Positions 57,419 through 64,000 of a stretch of 64,000 nt of DNA are shown here, piece by piece; within the stretch, counting starts at the first letter, position 1; every line of letters begins with the position of its first letter. The stretch covers positions 1,632,001 through 1,696,000 of the forward strand of contig JBJBDL010000003.1 in the NCBI GenBank assembly GCA_047285305.1, read 5' to 3'. A model generated the notes under the pieces. That model was not told where the DNA came from. It worked only from the letters and a program-made list of their open reading frames with translations, and made no database searches. This DNA is from Synechococcus sp. Lineage in GTDB: Bacteria; Cyanobacteriota; Cyanobacteriia; PCC-6307; Cyanobiaceae. The translations under genes were made by a program, and so were the position numbers.

Positions 57419-58522
57419 GCGTTTTACGCATCGCCCCTTCACCGAAGAAGCACCGAAATGATGACGTGAGATGTAGAGACTGATCGTCGCCATCACGACA
57501 AAACGGAGGGTGTGGCCAGCAACTCAAGAAAAAGACAGAGTTCCATCGCCGCTACGGGTAAAAGCGCTTATCTGGGCTATCTGGTGCCGACCGCTACGAC
57601 AGTTCTGCTTCAACCAGGGGCATTACACAAGTAGGCCACACCACATCCTTCATGGAGTTCGCACTACTTGCGTTGTTGACTTGCTCGCTTGCTTCAGTCA
57701 TCGCAACGGTTTTCCGCGGGACCTACTGATGAGGGGCACGTCCCGTCGGTTTGCCTTAGAGCACCGCTTCGCAAGCACCGTGCTTTGGTCGCTTTTTGCG
57801 GCTCTGATCTTCCAAGCACTGGCGAGTCGATAGGCAGGTGCATCTACACAAGCCATTAAAAACCCGTCTTTCGACGGTGGAATCATCGCACTTTTTAAAT
57901 TACAGACCACTTATACATACATGGCATTGAACTCATGCCGGATCCTCAAAACTTGAGCATTAATATGCATTAAAATATTATCTGCTTCCTGAATAAATTT
58001 TTCCCTACACCATTGGTACGTAACCCTTCCAGCGGCATTTATCAGAGTGATGTATTGCTATTCATGCGTCACATAATTGTGCAGTTAATGATCATGGCAG
58101 GGCTGACACTGGCTGCAGTAGGTGCTGATATCTGAGGCTCAGACAACAGCCTGAGTGCGGTGCCTAAGCCGGTGAAAGGCAAGGAGCCATGCAGCGGCCC
58201 GGGATCCTTCGCAAGCGAGAGGTTTGAAAAATAGAGCCGCAAAAAACACTGCTCTGACTCCTTAAATCGCCAGAAGGGAGTCAGTGCAGTGACCAGCGAC
58301 CAATGGTCAACGAAACAACCATCGGAGTGAAGGAGCCGTCGTCTGCGCCTTCCGGTTCCACACTGGCTTGGGAAGGAAAGGACAGAGAGCGCCAAAGACA
58401 CCTTGAGACAGCACAAACGACGTACCGCAATGTTGTGACGCTGAAAAACGATTAGAGCACAGCCATCTCAGCCTCCTCGTCATCCATTGGCCGGGATCAA
58501 CACCACGCTGCTGCAACCAGGA

Positions 58523-59017
58523 TCACCGGCCAACTGGCATGACTTCAGACCCACCAAGAGTTCTGCCTTTAGTCGCCAAGACGTACATCTCTTGGTGAAT
58601 ATTCTCCGATTCGTTGCTAAACCAGTTAGTCAAATCAGGTTGCAGAACTTTTTTGGGGCCAAGATCAATGAAGGAATACTCAAGCGTGATGAAGTCACCA
58701 CCAACCGTGCGATAACCAAGCTCAAGAAGGATCTGTCCACTTGCAGATGGAGGCTCAATCTGAGCTTGCGTTACCTTGAAACTGAGCTCCACCAACTTGC
58801 TAGCAACAGTACCGTCACCGGATGCGTCCCTTATTCTGATCATTAATGCTGACCCCTTGCTTTGCCTCAGCAAGAGCCGAGTTTGCTTCCTCAGACGCCA
58901 TTGACATTCAATGGCATTAGCGCGATGTGAGGTCCTAAAAAACGAGAGGTCTTCCTTCAAATCCTGGGTGTTTTTATCCTGCTTGAGTAAACCGAGTTTC
59001 GAGAGCAGCCACTTCAT
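58523..59017 (-). CDS. Hypothetical protein (possible DUF4912-like domain)
   Basis: W.L...L.IRIRD...LELGYR..G.FI.L pattern. Confidence 0.55.
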   Translation of the reverse strand: MKWLLSKLGLLKQDKNTQDLKEDLSFFRTSHRANAIECQWRLRKQTRLLLRQSKGSALMIRIRDASGDGTVASKLVELSFKVTQAQIEPPSASGQILLELGYRTVGGDFITLEYSFIDLGPKKVLQPDLTNWFSNESENIHQEMYVLATKGRTLGGSEVMPVGR

Positions 59018-59094
59018 CGCATTGTTATCAACCGAGACCGTAAATAGCCCATTTCCGAGCTGGAGTGACAGATTCTTTTTAACGCTTAACGCGA

Positions 59095-59108
59095 GTATCA
59101 GTTGTTAC
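59095..59108. promoter_or_regulatory. NtcA binding site
   Basis: GTATCAGTTGTTAC = GTA-N8-TAC in a divergent intergenic region. Confidence 0.65.
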
Positions 59109-59207
59109 CAAGAAGCCCGCACTAATAAGATTGTTGAATTGTGAGCGTTGTAACGACCAAACGAAAATGATGGAAGCCATGACATGGGTGATTCGCCATC
59201 ACGCTCC

Positions 59208-59408
59208 ATGGCTCAAGCAGACTTGATCGCACAGACCCCACGCGGTTCATCCATCCAAAAAATCGAAGCCGGCAAGTTTCTGGTGTGCGATAGCGAGAAC
59301 GTGTGCTTCTTCACACGCAGCCTCTACCTCGCCGAAGAGCAGCTGGAGGAAATGGAGCTTGGCTACCGCTTCCCCTATTCGACCAATTTCCGCAAAGCGC
59401 TCACCTGA
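59208..59408 (+). CDS. Small hypothetical protein, paralogue of 39579-39740
   Basis: AQTPRGSSIQKIEAGKFLVC..CF. Confidence 0.6.
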   Translation: MAQADLIAQTPRGSSIQKIEAGKFLVCDSENVCFFTRSLYLAEEQLEEMELGYRFPYSTNFRKALT

Positions 59409-60137
59409 GGAGTGGAGCCATTTGAGTAGCGGATTTCGCTGAACCGACTGGCTCCAATGGCTTATGTGTGGAGCGTCCTGGTCTCTTGCACCTAGCCCGG
59501 GACGCGGACCCATGTCAGCGGCAACTGCTGGGTCCGTTTGTCTAGCGAACCCAGGCGTTCTTCCGAGGCCAATCGAGCATTAAGGTCGTCCGTATCAGTC
59601 GCAACCGTCGCCGGCATATACCGAAATTTTTGTCGGATCAGCACATCTTCAAAAATTCCCAGACAAGCCTGCTACTTGGCCTCATCATTGAAACCTCAGT
59701 TGCCTGCACACCAGATGTAGTGCTGAGCGGCACGGGGAGAGCGACCCTGGTGCTGGCAGAAGAGTTTCCCCGTTGAGAGCGATCAGTGGGGAAAGCTCTC
59801 TGTGCCTTAAGACTGTGGACATTCAGTGCATCAGGCGCAAATCAGTTTTACGTGACGAACGTGTTGCCGCGGATACCGCATCGGTCGGGGAGGACTCGCT
59901 TCTCCTCGCGGTTCCGTGGCTCCACATCGTTAAGTCGCAGCTTGGTTGAAAGTCAGCCATCGCAGCAGAAGGAGCTACTTGAAAACGCCGCCTTACCCCT
60001 TCACACCAATTGATTTGATAAGGTCCTAACAAGCAAATCATAAAAGAAATATAATTACCTATTTGCGTTATTTAAAGCTTTGAAATTCAACAAGCAAGCA
60101 AGTGCTTAAGTCGTCCCGTTAATTCATGGAGGACAGT

Positions 60138-60371
60138 ATGCAAAGTCAGAAGAACTCCCCGACCTGCTTTTTGCGCTGGTCTGTGAGCAAGGTTACTAAC
60201 AGGCTCTATGCGGTTGCGGCAACAGTTGATGGAAAGGAATACGACTTTGTCGGCAATTTCAGAAGCGTTAGAGAAGCACAACAAGCGGGCCGCCGCTATG
60301 CCGAAAACTTGGTTCATAACTCGATGGCTGGAGGTCGCTTGTCGCTTAAACAACAGCCTCTAACCGACTGA
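60138..60371 (+). CDS. Small hypothetical protein
   Basis: GGAGGA SD; 77-aa ORF. Confidence 0.55.
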   Translation: MQSQKNSPTCFLRWSVSKVTNRLYAVAATVDGKEYDFVGNFRSVREAQQAGRRYAENLVHNSMAGGRLSLKQQPLTD

Positions 60372-60482
60372 TCGTCTCCATTAAAACGAGAGTTGAAGAC
60401 AGGCATGGGTTCCCCTGGGGAGTGCACCTCCAGGTTTTTTTTACCTGAATCTATGGAACACTTGGGCATCGCCTGAAAGCCA

Positions 60483-60872
60483 ATGGCCAGCTTCGACAAA
60501 TCCACACCGTTCATTTTGCTGGCGCGAATCCACGTCAAATCCGGTTGTGTTGACCAGTACTTAAAGCTGGCTCGCATCACCGACCAAGCCGTTCAGGCTT
60601 CTGAGCCAGGCATGATTCACCACACCTTTGATCAAGACCCGGACGATGCCCAAGCGTTCGTATGGTCAGAGGTTTACGCCAATGACGAGGCATTCAGAGC
60701 CCATGTCTCCAATCCTCCCGTTCAGGAGTATCTACAAAAGCATGCAGAGCTTGGCGATGGCTTCAGCGTTGAGGTTTACGGCACGGTCGGCGATGAATGC
60801 CGGCAACTGATGGAGTCGTTTGGACTTCCACTCAAGATTTTTGAAACCAAGCTCGGATACAGCAGGGTCTGA
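60483..60872 (+). CDS. ABM-domain (putative quinol monooxygenase) protein
   Basis: ARIHVK..EPGM..F.W.EVY....AF.AH. Confidence 0.8.
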   Translation: MASFDKSTPFILLARIHVKSGCVDQYLKLARITDQAVQASEPGMIHHTFDQDPDDAQAFVWSEVYANDEAFRAHVSNPPVQEYLQKHAELGDGFSVEVYGTVGDECRQLMESFGLPLKIFETKLGYSRV

Positions 60873-60914
60873 ACAAGCTGGTAGCAAGAATCTCTCAAGT
60901 TTTGGCAGTGATTC

Positions 60915-61169
60915 CTATGGGGTGCTGTTAAGTTCATTGCTGAGCTTATCGAGACGTTTTTTGAGTTGCTCGGCGCGACGGCTTGTTGGTTGGTTGTCGT
61001 TGCCCCTCAGAGCTGATTTGATGACAGCGATCTCCTTCTCAAGCTTCCGTCTCCTGGTGAAGGAAAGTGCTTCCTGAGCAAGACCGATCAGAAAATCGCC
61101 CCGCGGGGCGTAACAGGGAGGATCTTCACCTGACTCCTGTTGTGCGGGCGCTTCCTCAGGATCAATCAT
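60915..61169 (-). CDS. Hypothetical protein
   Basis: MIDPEEAP...; overlaps the upstream ORF stop. Confidence 0.5.
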   Translation of the reverse strand: MIDPEEAPAQQESGEDPPCYAPRGDFLIGLAQEALSFTRRRKLEKEIAVIKSALRGNDNQPTSRRAEQLKKRLDKLSNELNSTP

Positions 61170-61449
61170 GATCCAGGGCTTTTTCGGCGACATCGGCCGC
61201 CACAAGAAACACATAGGAGAGGGCATTCATATGACTCGCCAGATCTTTGATCGATTCAACGATTTCCTTTCGCGACAAACCACTCTCCCGCTGAAGTCGA
61301 ATAATCTCATGCATCAGACGGGTCACATTGTCGCGACCGTAGTTGTAGGCAGTGCCAAAACAATCCTCACTCTTCTCATCAGTCCTGCAGGCTGCAGCAA
61401 AGTCTGATGCAATTTTCTGGGAAAAATCTTCAACTTGACGGCAGGGCAT
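61162..61449 (-). CDS. Hypothetical protein
   Basis: MPCRQVEDFSQKIASDF... Confidence 0.55.
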   Translation of the reverse strand: MPCRQVEDFSQKIASDFAAACRTDEKSEDCFGTAYNYGRDNVTRLMHEIIRLQRESGLSRKEIVESIKDLASHMNALSYVFLVAADVAEKALDHD

Positions 61450-61870
61450 TGCTTTCTGGATTTGCCGGAATGTATGCGAGAAAAGAATGAAGCCCCAATA
61501 ACTTTTTGAACCAAAACGTTGAAATTCGAATCCTCCCTTATTAATCAATGAAAAAACTTCATATTTTTTCTTGGAGAAATAAAAAATTGCTCAACATCCT
61601 TCCCCAAGACCTCGATCGATGCATCAACACATGCAAAGGTGCTCTGCCTTGGTTGGACCGTGGTCGCAAGCCAAGGCCACCAGAAGCTTCTCTCAAGCCT
61701 CGTTTTGACTGAGAGGAGCTTCCTTTCTCGAGGACAACAACAACTCATTAATCGATATTCCGTCGGACTCGCCAACATCCTTGAGACCTGAACAGAGTCC
61801 TGTTCGATATGGCTCCCCGTTCAAGCAGCGAATTCGCCATCGTGAAGCCGGGGCGTCGCCTCGGCAGCAG

Positions 61871-62182
61871 ATGCTTTGCAGAGCTGTCTTCCGTTTGCTG
61901 TCGCCCCACCCCTTGCCCCGTTACCGCGCCACCCACGAACCACCAGAACAGCGTGGCGGAGAAGGCTGGCTGGTGAGCGCAGAGCAGCAGAAGGTGGTGC
62001 AGTTCAAGCCAGATGCATCCACTGTTCATGCCCAATGGGTGGCGGTGCGCACCTACAGCTGGATCCCGCCCAGCCCGCCGGTTCCCCAGACCCGGCGGCG
62101 GATGCTGCGGCACAACGCCATCGAAGCCTGGAACACGATGCTCAAAACAGGCTGGCGGCGCTGTCCACCACCGGTGCGCTGA
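61871..62182 (+). CDS. DUF1651 family protein
   Basis: GEGWLV..VVQFKP..RTYSW.PP.PP.P.TRRRMLRHNAIEAW..M.K.GWR; start uncertain. Confidence 0.75.
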   Translation: MLCRAVFRLLSPHPLPRYRATHEPPEQRGGEGWLVSAEQQKVVQFKPDASTVHAQWVAVRTYSWIPPSPPVPQTRRRMLRHNAIEAWNTMLKTGWRRCPPPVR

Positions 62183-63068
62183 TGAATCTCAGTGACGACT
62201 GCTGGACCCCTGCAAACTCTTTCGCCAACGTGATTGAAGTTGCGATCAACCGATGACCGACGGATCCGGCACCTGGGCCAACAATCAGCCCCCAGCAGCA
62301 GCCGAAAAACTCTGGAGAGGCCTGGCTCTGGTGGGAGCCTTCCACATCGGAGGAATGCTGATCAACGTCATCTTCCAGATGATGGGTAATAACAGCCTGG
62401 ATGGAATTCCCGCCAAATTCCTCGGCCTCTGAGCCGATCAGCCACGAAAAAACGCTATGTAGCCCCTGCAGCAAGCAGGGGTTTGTTATCGGCTACTTGG
62501 GAAGCACCAAGAGGATCAGCCGCAAGCGCAATCAAGGCAAGACCCAAGCAACCAGGACTGAGCACAATTGCTCATTGTTAAGGGAGATTGCGCAGCATTA
62601 AGTTCTCCTCGCATGCACGAGTCGTTCCCGAGGAGTGGGCTCTTCGGGAACCTTTTTTTGGGTAAGTTCCCCTCAGGTGAGTGATGTATCCCTAGGTGGG
62701 CCTGCGGATACATCTCCTCCTATCAAACTGCCGCTTGTCGCTGAGATCCGAGAGGAGAGGAACAGGCGCGGGAACGTGCTCCCTAATCCCTCCAGAAGCG
62801 TTAGAAGTGGAGCTCGCGCCAGCGCAATCTTGGCCATGCGGGGATGATTTTTATTGAGCTGAAATTCCTATTCCACTTCCTGAGAATTCCCTGAGAAACG
62901 CTCCGATCGAACCTCGCACGGCCCTCCACTGATCCACTCTTGAGACGAAAGCTGTGATGCCTTCAATGCGTCAAGCAGGAGCGGGTTTAGAGGCTGGCTC
63001 TTTTTTTGATCGGAAGGCCAGCAATCCGCCTCACTAACCACAAGACTGAAACCAGCTGATCTACCGCC

Positions 63069-64000
63069 GTGCTCCCCCAGCTCAAAGCGTTGCTTCTGGC
63101 GCTGAGCCTTTGGAGCAGTCTCACCGCAGCGGCAGCCCAGATCAGCCGTGACGATCCGGAATCCAGCGACCCCAACAGCAGAGGCATCTCCACCGCCCGC
63201 GGATCTGCCGTGGTGGTCACCGCCAATCCCCTCGCCAGCACGGCGGCGCTGGCTGCGCTGAAGGACGGCGGCACCGCCATCGATGCTCTGGTCACAGCCC
63301 AGGCTGTGCTGGCGGTGGTGGAACCTCAGAGCTCTGGCCTGGCGGGTGGCGGTTTTCTGCTGCACTGGGATGCCAAACAAAACCAGCTTGCAGCGCTGGA
63401 TGGCCGTGAAGTGGCCCCCGAACGGAGCCGCCCTACCGACCTGCTCGACGCCGCTGGGGATCCACTCCCCTGGCATCAAGCCACCAACCAAGCCAACGCC
63501 ATCGGCATTCCCGGCACCGTAGCCCTGCTCTGGGAGGCCCATCAAAATCACGGCCGTCTGCCCTGGGCACAAACCCTGCAACCGGCGATCCGCCTCGCCA
63601 GCGCTGGCTTTCTGCCGAGCCCACGGCTGTTGCGCTCCATTCGGAGGGCCCGACGTTTCGGCGTGGCCCACAGCCCTAAGTTTCAAGCGCTCTACCTGCC
63701 CGGCGGCCAGCCACCAGCCTCAGATCAACCCTTCCGCAACCCTTCCCTGGCACGCACTCTGAGGCTGCTGGCCAGGGAAGGGGGTCCGGCGTTTTATCAA
63801 GGGCCTCTAGCACAGCAGATCCTGCGCGGGATCAACACCCTGCAGGCCAGCGAGCCGAACTTCCGCGGCTGGAGCTCCGCTGATCTGAGCAGCTATGCCG
63901 TGGTCCGACGCATCCCTCTCTGCAGCCAGCAGCTCCAGCACCGGATCTGCACAATGCCGCCGCCCAGCAGCGGTGGCTTTGCGCTGCTGCAAACCCTGGC
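63069..64000 (+). CDS. ggt: Gamma-glutamyltransferase (5' part, runs off the right edge)
   Basis: Manual translation from GTG 63069: signal peptide, VVTANPLAS, GGTAIDA, VVEPQSSGLAGGGF, DGREVAP, IGIPGT, PPPSSGG. Confidence 0.9.
   Translation, partial: MLPQLKALLLALSLWSSLTAAAAQISRDDPESSDPNSRGISTARGSAVVVTANPLASTAALAALKDGGTAIDALVTAQAVLAVVEPQSSGLAGGGFLLHWDAKQNQLAALDGREVAPERSRPTDLLDAAGDPLPWHQATNQANAIGIPGTVALLWEAHQNHGRLPWAQTLQPAIRLASAGFLPSPRLLRSIRRARRFGVAHSPKFQALYLPGGQPPASDQPFRNPSLARTLRLLAREGGPAFYQGPLAQQILRGINTLQASEPNFRGWSSADLSSYAVVRRIPLCSQQLQHRICTMPPPSSGGFALLQTL

Noticed and set aside
59410..60030. Possible gene remnants (also 26200-26560, 53619-53928, 62200-62480)
   Set aside because: Stop-riddled or competing frames with nothing I can assign without a database search
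45960..63000. Prophage or integrative element
   Set aside because: AT-richer and ORF-dense, but no integrase, transposase, phage structural gene, tRNA or att repeats seen

Overview
This is bacterial chromosomal DNA, most consistent with a marine Synechococcus (picocyanobacterium). That is an inference from a phycoerythrin-II-type linker, an hli gene, petF, a Yfr2 RNA, and NtcA and cyanobacterial LexA boxes. The left ~25 kb is mostly intact housekeeping genes: GH104 lysozyme, glycosyltransferase, nadA, a ligase-associated DNA-damage exonuclease/ligase/Lhr helicase cluster, PfkB kinase, Mn ABC transporter, acyltransferase, nth and petF. The right ~39 kb is a variable region. It is packed with 25-100 aa ORFs, paralogue families and pseudogenes, with larger genes scattered through it (udk, sodC, rbp, GT2, SelO, AbrB-like, P450, PE linker, LOG, PIN-PhoH), and ends in ggt. 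No rRNA, tRNA, CRISPR array, transposase or integrase was recognised. The most interesting signals are non-coding or micro-scale: (1) a conserved dyad box at the same distance upstream of two paralogous microproteins, next to a decayed LuxR regulator; (2) an NtcA box + glutamine-II riboswitch + DUF4278 unit; (3) LexA boxes in front of unknown microproteins; (4) a tandem gene duplication with three compensating indels; (5) a duplicated helicase 3' end marking an insertion; (6) two candidate sRNAs; (7) a CP12-like microprotein. All family assignments come from motif recognition by eye, not database searches.
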